This document shows, one piece after another, positions 1-10,925 of a DNA stretch of 41,590 bases (position 1 is the stretch's first letter; the number at the start of each line of letters is the position of its first letter). Source of the stretch: Spirogloea muscicola (taxonomy: Eukaryota); contig WELB01000023.1 in NCBI GenBank assembly GCA_009602725.1, forward strand, positions 933,308 to 974,897, read 5' to 3'. Under the pieces are notes generated by a model. That model made no database searches and was not told the DNA's origin. It was given only the letters and a program-made list of their open reading frames with translations. The position numbers were made by a program, and so were the translations under genes.

Positions 1-558
1 CGCCGCCGCCGTCGCCGGGGCTCCCTTGCGGCGCGCGGGCGCTGCCGACGAGAGCTCAGCCGCCGCCGGCCGCTTCTGCGCCGCCGCTGCGCGCTTTGAT
101 CGCTCGAGACTTGCGCCGCGGGAGCCCCGTCGCCGCTTGTGACGGCGCTCGGCCTGCTGGCCTGCTGCGCGGCGGGACGGCGCTGGAGCTCTGCCCCCGT
201 GGCCTCTGGCGCCTCCAGACGGCAGGCGGCGCTGGCAAAGGGCCAGAGCAGGCCTTTGGCTCCGGCTGGCTGCGGGAAGCAACGAGCCCCTCCGTCTCGC
301 CAAAGCGGCCTCCGTCGCTTCCGACGGGCAGCGGACGTCTTCCTGGGACAGTCGCAGCGCGGTCGCCGTGCATCCGCGCGCATGACCAGGCCTTCGCGAT
401 CAGGCTGGCGACCGTCGCAATGTAGCTGGCGGGGTGGAGCCCTCGGCAAGATGGAACGGAAGACGGTTGCTTTGCCTCATCAACGGGCTCCGAGCTTGAG
501 GAATCGGAGCACGCGGAAGTGCCATGGCGCTCGGGGTCGCTGACTGCAGGCTTGCGAC

Positions 559-3500
559 ATGCCGCTGCAGCACCAGAGTGTGATCACCTTTGCAGCCGGC
601 ATCGCCATCGGCTCTTGCCTCGCCCTGGCAGTGGCTCGCTTCGCCCTCTCCCCGCGGCGGCAGTGGAGCTGGAAGTACGCCTGGCAGACTGCATTGCGAC
701 CTGCATCTGATAACACCGTCGCGCTAGCGTGATGCATAACACCCTGATCCATTTCTCTTCAGTACCCACCGACAAAGCTAAGGACAAGAGCTACGTGATG
801 TGGAAAATCTTTTAAGAGGTGTCAATGTTCAGCCTCTCGTCATGGGCCTAGTTGCACACACCTGCAATGCTGCTCATCGACTCCCACCTTGCCCATGCTC
901 TTCGCAGAGAGTGGCGATCATGGCAGGCTGGGGGAAGGATGCGGTCAGCTCCTAGCACTCCCACGAAGCAGGCCTGGGCGATCCCAGACGGCAGGGGCAC
1001 ATTCTCCTTCGCTCCAACTACTAACCAAGGTGTGAGTGCTAGGCGCAATGCTCAACAGGACAGTGCCACAGACATGCATGAATGATCTTGTGAGGCTATC
1101 GTCCTTGGTGCAGTAATAGCTGCCCAAGTGCTGAAGGCACAAATAGAATACCATCAGTGCAAGACCGGTGGATTTTAGGTTGTGAAGGCACACTTGATGG
1201 CACTCATGAAATGGCTGCAGTCATGCGAAGCCATTGAATTGGAATTGCTAATCCATGTGAACTCTTGTTGTGCCAGTCAATGGGAATGGACATTCTCAGC
1301 TGGCCTACTCCGGATCAGTCGGCAAATCGTCCAGCTCCATATCGCCTTCACCCTCAAGCAACCTCGGCCCTGCTACTCTTGCAGCTCAGCATGACGACAT
1401 CATAAGCGAGCAATTCACAAGGTACCCCCTTGACTTTCAGCCATGGAAGCTACAGATACGTCAAGGTTACACTTGATAAATGGGAAGGACTGATGGTGTT
1501 ATGTCTGAGAGCATTCTTTGACCTGCCAGCAAAAGGTTCTGGATACAGAAGGTGACAGTTTATCTGCAAATTACAGGAATGCTCAGTTTTTTGGTGAGGA
1601 GGGCCAACTACGAATACATGGAGCTTTTGTCATCGTCGTTGGCCTTGGTGGCGTAGGATCCCATGCCGCCACAATGCTGCTTCGGTCGGGCATTGGCCGA
1701 ATACGAATAGTTGACTTCGACCAGGCAAGAGAGCTCATCACACCAATTGCTTTGCTCCTCTAATCTATTGGGCCTCGCAAATGAACATCAACAGGTGTTC
1801 TTACACAAACACATACCCAGGTGTTAATGATGTCCAGTATATATAACATGTGTGCAGGTCTCTCTGTCCTCTCTGAATCGCCACGCCGTAGCAACCAGGA
1901 GTGACGTTGGTATCGCCAAAGCCATATGCCTACGCAACCACTTTGCAAAGATCTTCCCAGAGGCAGACATTGATGCCCGCGTCGCCATGTTTGACACGTC
2001 AAATGGGGATGACATCCTTGCCGGGGCTCCAGACTATGTTCTTGACTGCATTGACAATATTGACACAAAGGTGTGCTGCTCAACAGACGTGCCGCTTTTT
2101 ATCACAGAAGCTCGCTCTTGATTGAAACAACTTTCTTGACTCGTAGCATGCTTATCTGTTATCATCTGAATTTGTAGTGTCCATACTGTTTTCAATTCAC
2201 TGCAGCTAGCTCTGGCTCACTCTGCAACAGGTGGCTCTCCTGGCCGCTTGCTACAAGAGAAAGCTGCGCATATTAAGCGCAACAGGTGCAGGAGCTCGGG
2301 CAGACCCAACTCGCATTCGAATTGCGGACATTAGCGAGTCATCTGTGGATCCTCTTTCACGCGCAGTAAGTGAGCAGACTATCAAAGAGCAGCTTGATTG
2401 TGAAAGGCATCAGCTGTTTTCGGCAAAGCATAAGCTGAACTTGGGGAAAGAGTACGCAACATTCACATGGACGTTCAGAGGGCGGCCTTTGCTTACTTCG
2501 TAGGTTGATTTTTGGGGGATAGGTCAGGTACCGTTTGAGGAGGGAGCATGGCATTGAGGAAGGGATTGCTGTGGTCTTTTCTACCGAGCGACCCAAGGCA
2601 AAGCTCTTACCATTTGAGACACTGATGGGACAAGAAGCAAATCCGTTGGATTACCAGGTTAGCAGATGGCACCCTGTAACAAACATTAGCTTAATCAAGG
2701 CATCTCACACTTCATGGAATTGGCAGGTTGACTAGATATCATATCAATATGATATCTAGTCAACCTGCCGCCTTGATGTTGATGGTCGGTATCTCAGGAA
2801 GACATGATATTGAGCTGCATGCACTTTCCTCTGACGGGGCCACCGTGTCAATGTTATCGTCTGCAGATTGTCCCTGGCTTCCGAGTTCGGATCATCCCTG
2901 TTCTTGGAACCATCCCAGCAATCTTTGGCCAGGCCATGGCAACTCACGTGCTCATCACGCTGGCAGGGCTCTCAGTACGCACCGAGCCTGTGCTGCAGCT
3001 GGGCCTCGAGCATTATGCTCTTCTGCACAGAAGGCTGGTCGAGCGGGAGGAGCTTCGCTTTGGGTCTGCAGCTGCAGTAGAGGTAGGACCCTTGGCAATA
3101 ATGCGCCCTTCTTATTGTACGTGCTACTGGATGCTGTCCCTCATTCGCCACAAAATGGTATGTCGAATATCAAGTTTCCACCTCTAGCTGTTGAGCTGTT
3201 TGTGAATGGCTTAGTTTGGTACTGACATGCAGATTCTTGTAGGTGGACGAGGAGGAAGTTGCATATGTGGTGAGGGAGCTTTGGCGGGGTCGGAGTGCAA
3301 GGGACCAGGGCGGCAGAGAAGTTGGCCGTGGAATGTGGCGCTCGATGAATAACATGACGCTTACAAGGTTCTTCTTAGAGCTACTCCTCAGAAGCCCGCG
3401 GATCCTTGCATCCATTAAGCAGTAATTACAGGATCAAGACTTGCTGAAAGCACTGCCAAGACTGTCGGTTATGCCTGATCACACTGGCCCTTGTTGACCA

Positions 3501-3828
3501 GCCAGGCTTACTTGGTAGCCACATTGCAGCTCTCAGTGGGCTTGTTCTCCATTTGCAGGTGGGACAAGTCTCAGCCGCCAGACATTGCTAATCTTGTCCT
3601 CCTCACCTTCCAGGAGGTGAGTTTCATTGATGAGGCACAGGTATATCAGAGTCTTTGGGCTGGGATGCACTTACATCAAGACCTGCTTTTGATTGTGCCG
3701 ATATTGCCCGTCCGCAGGCCGAGGAGCATGAAAGCATGACACTTGCAGAGATACAGAGGAAGGAGCCGAAGTACTTTGCTGCAGTTACTGCAGTACTCGG
3801 CCGAGCGTATGAGGACTTCCAGATATAG
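559..3828 (+). CDS. TCD1: tRNA threonylcarbamoyladenosine dehydratase (TcdA/TCD, ThiF/E1-like), multi-exon
   Basis: Spliced exons read MPLQHQSVITFAAGIAIGSCLALAVARF (N-terminal TM-like, ATG 559), DDIISEQFTR|NAQFFGEEG...VIVVGLGGVGSHAATMLLRSGIGRIRIVDFDQ|VSLSSLNRHAVATRSDVG...PDYVLDCIDNIDTK|VALLAAC...ATGAGARADPTRIRIADISESSVDPLSRA|...IVPGFRVRIIPVLGTIPAIFGQAMA..., and the last exon ends EDFQI* at 3828. Confidence 0.92.
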
Positions 3829-4264
3829 TGACCATTAATCTGGGCCTTAGTAGCTCTAAGTCAATGCAACCATGTAATTATAACCAACTGCGGCATTCGC
3901 AGTAGCGCAGCAGGTGGCCCTTGGCCTTGGCCCGGATGCTTCATGAGGCTTGCTGTATCCTTACACCTCCTTGGCTAGACGGCGTCGAAGCATTTAGGCA
4001 CCTCGTCTCTCATCTCTGTGTAGCTTTTAGCAGGGCAAAGCCCCTCAGTGAGCACTTAAGCATGCACCAAGGCATGCACCAAGCAAGTGCCATCCGGCAA
4101 ACGGGATCCTGGCAACAGCTATCAAAGCATATGGAGTAATGTCAAGCTTTCGTGCACTGTGCGCAGCATGATTCTGAGGTGGAGAGAATTGTGACTGCAA
4201 CAGAAGCAGAGGTGCTGGGGCATTTGTACCTACTTTGGGCGGATACAGTTGTATTGATGGGGGT

Positions 4265-5337
4265 TTAGACGGGTAGGGAGCCAGGTTTGTCTGTCTGGGA
4301 GGGCTTGTCCGTCACTAGTGGTGCCAAGGTTCTGTGACAGAGAGTACTGTGGAGCTGGCAGGCTCCGGTGAGGACTAAGGTAGCAAACAGGCAGGGGGCG
4401 AGGAGGACATCGAGCGCGCCGTGGTGTGTGGCCCCGGCGTGCGCTGCCAGGTACACCAGGCTGACCATGACGGGCGCCATGGCCACCTTGAGCGCCGAAA
4501 ACGCAGCACCCGTGAGCAGGGCCTCCGCCCAGCGGCTCCTCGAACACTTGGCGCTGGGGCCAGGGCCTGCAGGAGCGGTAACGGAGGCCAGGTCTGGCGC
4601 ATCAGGCGCAGCTGCGGCAAGCGCAGACTCCTGCTGCCATGCAGACGTTGTAATGCGGGCCCAGAGGGCGCAACAGAGCGCCACAGCGGGCGGCAGCTGC
4701 TACGTGTGGAGGCTTCTGGCGGTCGGCCCACGAGGTGAGCGCAAATTCCGATGGCTCTCGTGCCGTGGAGCTGTTGAGCTGTTGAGCTGACAGCTTGCGG
4801 CCAAGGGAGGAGGGAGGTCAGGAAGGAGGGAGCTGGGAGTCGGACCTGGGGCGGTGGCGGGGCCGGCGGCGCAGCAGGCAGCGGCCGCGGCGACGAGGAC
4901 GAGGGCGGAGAGGAGGTTGGCGGCGGCGACGAACTGGAGGTGGGCGAGGGGATGGAGGAGCAGAGGCAGGCGCGAGGCGCCGGCGGCGGCGGCGGCGGCG
5001 GAGCGCGCGGCGGCGACNNNNNNNNNNNNNNNNNNNNNNNNNNNNNNNNNNNNNNNNNNNNNNNNNNNNNNNNNNNNNNNNNNNNNNNNNNNNNNNNNNN
5101 NNNNNNNNNNNNNNNNNNNNNNNNNNNNNNNNNNNNNNNNNNGCGCCGGGCTGCTCTCAGGCCCGGGCAACGGCGTGAGACGGCGGCGGCGGCGGCGGAG
5201 ACGGCGGCGGCGGCGGCGGCGGCGGCGACGGCAGAGGCCGCTGCGCCGCTTGGCCGCGAGGACGGCGGAGCTTGTTCGCCCCTTTGGGCTCGTGGCCTTT
5301 CGCGACCTTCCGGCTCGTTCGGATCTCCGATGCTCAT
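4265..5337 (-). CDS. Probable spliced gene for an uncharacterised membrane protein, interrupted by an assembly gap
   Basis: Hydrophobic ORF segments (HLQFVAAANLLSALVLVAAAAACC; EALLTGAAFSALKVAMAPVMVSLVYLAAH; LDVLLAPCLFATLVLTGAC) can be joined by a donor-like cag|gtccga near 4846 and an acceptor near 4700. It has a GCC-rich 5' end like the other genes and a candidate ATG at 5337. No family recognised. Confidence 0.4.
5018..5142. other. Assembly gap (Ns) flanked by GGC repeats
   Basis: Run of N. Confidence 1.
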
Positions 5338-5431
5338 TCCTGTCTGGGCTGGCCCTTTTACGCTGGCCTCCCACTGCCATTGCCTCACATTTCCACGCGA
5401 GTAGAAGGCAGGCGCGCGGCGCGCCTGAGAT

Positions 5432-5520
5432 GACAAGGGACGCCAGTTTAAGCTAAGCCCCACCACTGTCCAGGCGAACGCTAGTGAACCAAGCGGGGCT
5501 ACATGAACCGGAGCCCAAGC
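5432..5520 (-). mobile_element. 3' tail fragment of dispersed repeat family B (putative non-LTR retroelement)
   Basis: The reverse complement (gggctccggttcatgtagccccgc..ttcactagcgttcgcctggacagt..actggcgtccctt) aligns by eye with 31066-31148 (+) and 33160-33240 (-). Confidence 0.6.
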
Positions 5521-5549
5521 AGCGCTACGGCAGAGCTGTTTCTGGGGCT

Positions 5550-5650
5550 GGGCTTGCCTTTCTGTAGTCCTTTTTCCGGCACTTCTTTCTTTGGTTTGGA
5601 CATTGTCTTTGCCAGCCCCTCTTCTCTGGGCGATGCTCTTTCTTCTTCCA
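5550..5650 (+). mobile_element. 3' UTR/tail fragment of non-LTR family A
   Basis: tgtagtcctttttccggcacttctttctttggtttggacattgtc..tttgccagcccctcttctctgggcgatgctctttcttc closely matches the 3' UTR of the copies at 17461-17560 (-) and 17885-17931 (+). Confidence 0.75.
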
Positions 5651-5711
5651 TTCAGTATCCTACTTCTCTCTGTTTCTCCGGTTTGGGCCGTACCTGGTGG
5701 GGGCGTTGGGT

Positions 5712-6170
5712 AAGCCAGCCCAAAAAAGAATGAACAAAGAACGAGAAGGGGGCCAGAGGAAGCCAGAGGAAGCGCCAAGAAACCAAAGCACACAAAGAAA
5801 GAAAGCAGCTACAAATTACTCAGTAACCCCTGCTAAGCAGCCGCAAATCAGAGAAGCTAGGGTCCTGGAAGAAAGGGCTCGCCCATTGAGGATAGGGGCT
5901 GGACAAGCCAGCCCAAAAAAGAATGAACAAAGAACGAGAAGGGGGCCAGAGGAAGCCAGAGGAAGCGCTAAGAAACCAAAGCAGACAAAGAAAGAAAGCA
6001 GCTACAAATCACTCAGTAACCCCTGCTAAGCAGCCGCAAATCAGAGAGGCTAGGGTCCTGGAAGTGGGTCCCCTGGACAGAGCCAGAGGCAGCAGCGAGG
6101 CCTCTCCCGGCACGAAGGTGCAGCGCACGGGCCATGGACCTCTGCAGCGAGACGGCCAAGCGCATGCGAT
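5712..6170 (-). mobile_element. Two head-to-tail 5'-truncated copies of non-LTR family A (CRE-like C-terminus)
   Basis: Encodes MRLAVSLQRSMARALHLRAGRGLAAASGSVQGTHFQDPSLSDLRLLSRGY* (stop 6013). 160-bp direct repeats at 5712-5871 and 5905-6064 (4 mismatches by eye), with the tail caatgggcgagccctttcttc between them. Confidence 0.8.
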
Positions 6171-6274
6171 GGGTGGCCCGCAAGAAGGGAGGGCCCCAGA
6201 CGCAGCCGTGGGCGCGGCCGGGGAGGGCGCCCAGGAGGGAGGAGGTGCTTGCGTCAGCGCGCACGTCGCCGCCC

Positions 6275-6284
6275 GCCACGTGGC
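6275..6284. promoter_or_regulatory. Perfect palindromic G-box GCCACGTGGC in a CpG-rich intergenic stretch
   Basis: Exact motif match only; no functional evidence. Confidence 0.25.
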
Positions 6285-7073
6285 CGGTCAGCCTGACCAC
6301 CACGGGCCCGAGCCGGTTACTGCCGTTAACCCGGCCTCGCCCGGTGGCCGGCTAACTGCCGCCGCGGAGCCACGCAGTCCCGGTCTGCAGGGGGTGTCAG
6401 CCGACGTCAGCGTCCGTGGCCCGCTCAGCGCCATTAGCCCACGGATTGCCGGCGGGACTCTTGGCCTGGCTATTCTCAACAATGAGCCTTCAGAATTGGG
6501 TTTTCATTGACCGATCGCAAAATCACACCCAACGCTCAAGAAACCCCGGCGCCAGCAGCCCACAAAACCCTGGCGCAGCTGTATCCTGCATGTGACAATG
6601 GTATTGGCATCATGCAGCTAACCAATTATCTGACCTGAAATGACCAATTTGACACACCCCCCCCCCCCCCCCACCATGAGGCGGAGAGAAACCACGTTCC
6701 ACCCAAATTGAAGCCACTGCTACGTGGGTCCGCGAAGCTCAGCGCAGAGTAGAAGTAGGAAAAACAGATGCAAGTGTCCATATCCAAGCCTGCAACCGAG
6801 TGTCAGAGGCATGTCAGTGGCCAGGACCGTCCACTGAGGATAACCGCGTGCACAGGTAAGGAACACAACTCACTCAGAAGTGATCATGAACCGAGTAACG
6901 AGAAGCAGCACGGGCAGAAGCTCCATGTCCAAGGCGCAGAACCTATAATGATGGCAGCTCCTCAAGTGTGGAGGATTGGAGGAGATGCAGCCAGAGCGCT
7001 GCCTAAATGAGATAAATTGAGAAATGTGGTTAGAGCCCTGCCGAAGCAGTGGGGCTTGACTCCATGAGGCGGA

Positions 7074-9531
7074 TCACAAAGGGCCAGCTTGGCAGAGCCG
7101 CTCCTCCTGCGCCTCCTGCATCACCTTGTGCCGGCGGCCACGGTCAGGGCCGCCCACATGGCCCCACACCTCGACCTGCTCCTGCCTGGCCCTGGCCCGT
7201 GCCCTCTCAGCCTCCGACCTTGTGCCGAAGCAGTGCGGGCACGACACGCCCACCTCCCAATGCGACGATGCCATGTCCTTGGCGCTGCACCATTTGTCAC
7301 AGATGGAAACCTGAGCTCTTCTGAGAAACAAGCACATGAAATGGCACTTTGCAACAAATGCAAATCTTGTTGAAACGATGGCAGTTGTTGCTGCCACTGC
7401 TGCAGTGCCACTGCTGCAGAAGACCTACATTCAAGCAGGGCTTGAGGGGACATTGCATGCCTGACAGGTTGTTGGCACGCATAGCAGAGGCGGAATGTTC
7501 CTGGCACGAGGCTGTGGCCCACCGAGACGCGCTTATCAAAGACAAAGCACTCGCCCTGCCACAAGCTCTCAGATGCCGGAACTTCTTGCAGGTACTTTAG
7601 GATGCCCCCTTCCAAATGATACACCTGCTACCAGACAGCAAGTCTTCAGCACTGTGCTCATAGTCATCTCCCAAGCCTGTAGCAGGCATTGCTTTGCTAC
7701 CCTACATATAGAGCCCAGGATGAAGTCGGCATTGCTGGTGGAGCAGCTGCAATGGAGTATTTCAAGAATGTGAGCATTTCACAGGATTGCACAACAGGTG
7801 GCTCTGCTCACAGCACAAACAAGAGATGTAGCCACACCTCCTCAAAGCCTTTCTCTAGCATGTACGCAGTGGCCTTTTCACAACGGATGCCGCCGGTACA
7901 GTACATGGCAACGCGAGGAGCCTTGCTCCCTGCACAGGCAGCAGCTCCTTCTTTGCCGTCCGAGCCTCCTCTTGTGGCCTGGGTGGTGTCCGCGTGGGAG
8001 CGCCACATTGACGAGGCTAAGGTTGAGGCGTCACCGCTTCCCTGCATTTGTCTGAGGAGGGTGCTCTCCACCCACTGCGGAAACTGGCGAAAAGAGTCTG
8101 TCTTGGGCTCGAGAGCCCTGTGGAACGATCCGATTCGCGTCTCATACGCATTGCGTACATCTATGACGATCTGCGCTCGCAAGAACAAGTTCGACAGGGC
8201 TCAGCAGTCGCATACTGCTGTACAGCTGCCGCCAGCTGCCTGCTGTTCTTTTATTGGCAACTCTGAAATTATTGCAAGGTCCATTCAAGTATCTACACTA
8301 TGTCATACTGATGATCCATCGCAAGCAGAAGCCCTTACTAGCTAGCCCTAAAACACCAGCACTCAGTTCTAGCCCTTAGAAACCGCCGAAACTCGGCAAC
8401 CACAAGAGGCACCAGATCAAACATGCGCAGAGCAAGCAGGCTTGGCAGCGTGCCGAGGCCGGAGCAGCCACACACCGTGTTGGGGTCGCTGATGAGTTGG
8501 TTCCATTCGCGGGGCTTCACGTACACGCCGGCGCGCGCCAAGGGGTTGAGACCACCCACACCCATTGGAACGACCTGCGCACACGTTGCTCGCGCTTTGG
8601 ACGCGGTCAGATGCAACCCCAGTCGTCCACGAGACTGGTCGCAGAATAGCGGCAGAGCTCCTCCACAGGTTGCCAAGAGGCCCCAGCAATCAAGGGTGCC
8701 AGATTTCTAGAAAACTCATGCTGCTCAGACTTGCGAGACACCTCAGAATCGAAGCGCTCGGCAGCCAGCCATCGAGCTGTTGCTCATACCCCCACGTTGA
8801 TGATTGAGGCCCCAGGGTGACACGGGGTTACTGATCGGGCTTTTGGCAAAAGCCTAACCATTAACCCTACTTTTCGGCGCCTAGTCTTCCAGATCATAAA
8901 CCTGTTACCTAGCCAATCTGGCAGCAGCAGGAGGCTGGCGGCTGCAGCCCTGCCGCACCTCCTTCTTGAGCTTCACGCGGACGTGGTCCCAGCGGAAGGG
9001 CGCGTCGACGCCCGCGCCCAGCGGCGAGCGCGGCGTGAGGCCGTGCTCGGCGAGGTGTGCCGCCCCGCCGCCCTCTGCCGCAGCAGACACCTCCGTGTGG
9101 CGCATGTTCTCGAGGCGCGGGTCGGCGCGCAGCGCCGCCAGCATGGCGTCCACGCCGTCGCGCGTGCCGCAGACGCTGCCGTTGATGCCCTCGGGCGCGA
9201 GGATGATGCCGCCCGACACGCGCTGCCACCGGGAAAACCGAAACATGGGTTTTGGCTTTCGAGAACCTCTGATGCCGGCCAGCGATGCTGGCCCGGCATT
9301 CGGCGGCGGACCGCGCCTCGCTAGCGCCAGCAGCTCATCGCCGGCGCCGGCGGCAGTGGTGCGAGGCAGTGGTGGGGGCGGGGGCTGACGTGGGCGTGGC
9401 AGAGGCCCCGGACGTGCTCCCGCAGCGCCGCGCAGTCCGGCAGGTGCGCGTACTGGTAGAAGGACGCCACCAGGAGCGGCGACGCCGTCGCCGTCGCCGC
9501 CGCCGCCGCCGCCGCTTCGGCCGTCGTGCCC
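7074..9531 (-). CDS. STR7: Rhodanese-domain protein, STR7/TrhO (UPF0176, tRNA U34 hydroxylase-like); start probably in the gap
   Basis: Exons [38 protein letters not shown]...[19 protein letters not shown]...[32 protein letters not shown]...[37 protein letters not shown]...[14 protein letters not shown]...CYACQQP|...GVSCPHCF...RARARQEQ, stop at 7074. No minus-strand ATG between 9790 and 10040. Confidence 0.92.
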
Positions 9532-9789
9532 NNNNNNNNNNNNNNNNNNNNNNNNNNNNNNNNNNNNNNNNNNNNNNNNNNNNNNNNNNNNNNNNNNNNN
9601 NNNNNNNNNNNNNNNNNNNNNNNNNNNNNNNNNNNNNNNNNNNNNNNNNNNNNNNNNNNNNNNNNNNNNNNNNNNNNNNNNNNNNNNNNNNNNNNNNNNN
9701 NNNNNNNNNNNNNNNNNNNNNNNNNNNNNNNNNNNNNNNNNNNNNNNNNNNNNNNNNNNNNNNNNNNNNNNNNNNNNNNNNNNNNNNNN
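9532..9789. other. Assembly gap (Ns)
   Basis: Run of N. Confidence 1.
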
Positions 9790-9940
9790 CCGCCGCCCCG
9801 CGCCCCGGCGCCGAGCGCCGCCGCAGCCGCCGCCACGCTCAGTAGGCGCAGCCTTTCCCGGCCCCTTGGCCGTCCCGCCGCCGCCGCCGCCGCGTACAGT
9901 AGGTGCAGCGTCTCCAAGCCTCTTGGCCGTCGTCGTGGCA

Positions 9941-9974
<34 letters not shown>

Positions 9975-10035
9975 AGGGTCGCGCCGCGGCGTGCGCCGCA
10001 GATCACGGGCGGTCGACCCACGGCCTCCCACCTGA

Positions 10036-10084
10036 TAACCCTAAACCCTAAACCCTAAACCCTAGCCCTAAACCCTAACCCTAA
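10036..10084. repeat. Interstitial plant-type telomeric repeat (CCCTAAA)n, about 7 units; also a telo-box array
   Basis: aa ccctaaa ccctaaa ccctaaa ccctag ccctaaa ccctaa ccctaa. Confidence 0.95.
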
Positions 10085-10087
10085 TTC

Positions 10088-10320
10088 CTCGACATCTTCT
10101 GTTGAGCAGCCTCAGGTCAGAGAATCTACAGTCTCCGGGTAGCGGGTGCCCTGGCCAAAGCCAGAGGCTGCGCGACCGGCACGCAGGCAGACGCAACGAA
10201 GCGTGCCATTGACCGATGCAGCGAGACTGACGGGCGCATGCCACACACCTGAGCGAGAGAGCCTGCTGCGTCGAGGAATGCGGCTGCTGATGTTGCAAGA
10301 GCGGCTGTGGAAGCCAGCCA
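10088..10320 (-). mobile_element. Degenerate family A copy lacking its 3' UTR and abutting the telomeric tract
   Basis: Frameshifted AAGSLAQVCGMRPSVSLHRSMAR/CLRAGRAASGFGQGTRYP/FSDLRLLNRRC, followed almost immediately by TTAGGG repeats. Confidence 0.75.
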
Positions 10321-10329
10321 GGTGCATAC

Positions 10330-10665
10330 AGAGGAGAGGGTGTTCATAGAGAGGAGGGCATTTCCGGTAATGGGCGATGGCTGTGATCGGCCAGCCCAGG
10401 GACGAGAATGGACAAACTTCGAAGGGGTCAGAAAAGCGCGCCGAAGCACACAGCGATTGGAGTGGCCACTGGGTGCTCAATATCCCCTTTTGAGCAGCCG
10501 CAGGTCAGACGCCTAGTCGTCGAGTAGCAGGTCCCCTGTCTGTAGCCAGAGGCTGCAGCCAAAGCGCGACCGGCACGCAGATGCAACGCGTGTGCCATTG
10601 ACCGCCGCAGCGAAACTGATAGGCGCATGCGATACACTTGAGCGAGAGAGCCCGCCGTTGACATT
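10330..10665 (-). mobile_element. Family A copy with 3' UTR
   Basis: TAGSLAQVYRMRLSVSLRRSMAHALHLRAGRALAAASGYRQGT..SDLRLLKRGY, then the UTR motif tttgtccattc..tgggctggccgatcacagccat shared with other copies. Confidence 0.8.
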
Positions 10666-10789
10666 CATTTTTCCCCCTTGGCATCCTCTGGACAGAGCGC
10701 TGCGCGCTAGCCCGTGCAGGAGCTCAAGTCTGCAAGGGCCGGAAGGTGCACAAAGCAGGATACCACTCTCCATGATCCGCATGTGGGGC

Positions 10790-10925
10790 TAGACAGCCTC
10801 TAGTCAACAATCAGATCAGAATGACTACCGGGCGGAAGAGCGTCGTCTGGCGGAATCCGGAGGCAACACCCAAGGTGCAGCCTGCCCGCAAGTGGACGGC
10901 AATGCCAAGGACCGCTGCTTAGAAA
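10790..10925 (-). mobile_element. Older degenerate family A copy
   Basis: Frameshifted QRSLA/AVHLRAGCTLGVASGFRQTTLF/HSDL.LLTRGC. Confidence 0.65.

Noticed and set aside
1..550. Possible retro fragments or ORFs upstream of TCD
   Set aside because: No family A or B motif found; it looks like a GC-rich leader and 5'-UTR intron, and the promoter may lie left of the window.
4375..5793. 472-aa minus-strand ORF
   Set aside because: It runs through an N-gap, GCC repeats and retroelement UTRs; it is a composite low-complexity frame, not one CDS.
5712..6064. Direct repeats as LTRs or a CRISPR-like array
   Set aside because: The context is eukaryotic, there are only two units, and there are no TG..CA ends or PBS/PPT; the units are non-LTR 3' ends.
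6656..6672. Poly-C run
   Set aside because: A simple homopolymer with no associated structure.
10380..10440. DPFEVCPFSSLGWP (and LVPFPLE..VGWP near 31180) resembling the RLE 'PFAVETxGxW' motif
   Set aside because: At the nucleotide level these match the family A 3' UTR motif (tgtccattc..tgggctggc), so they were not used as protein evidence.
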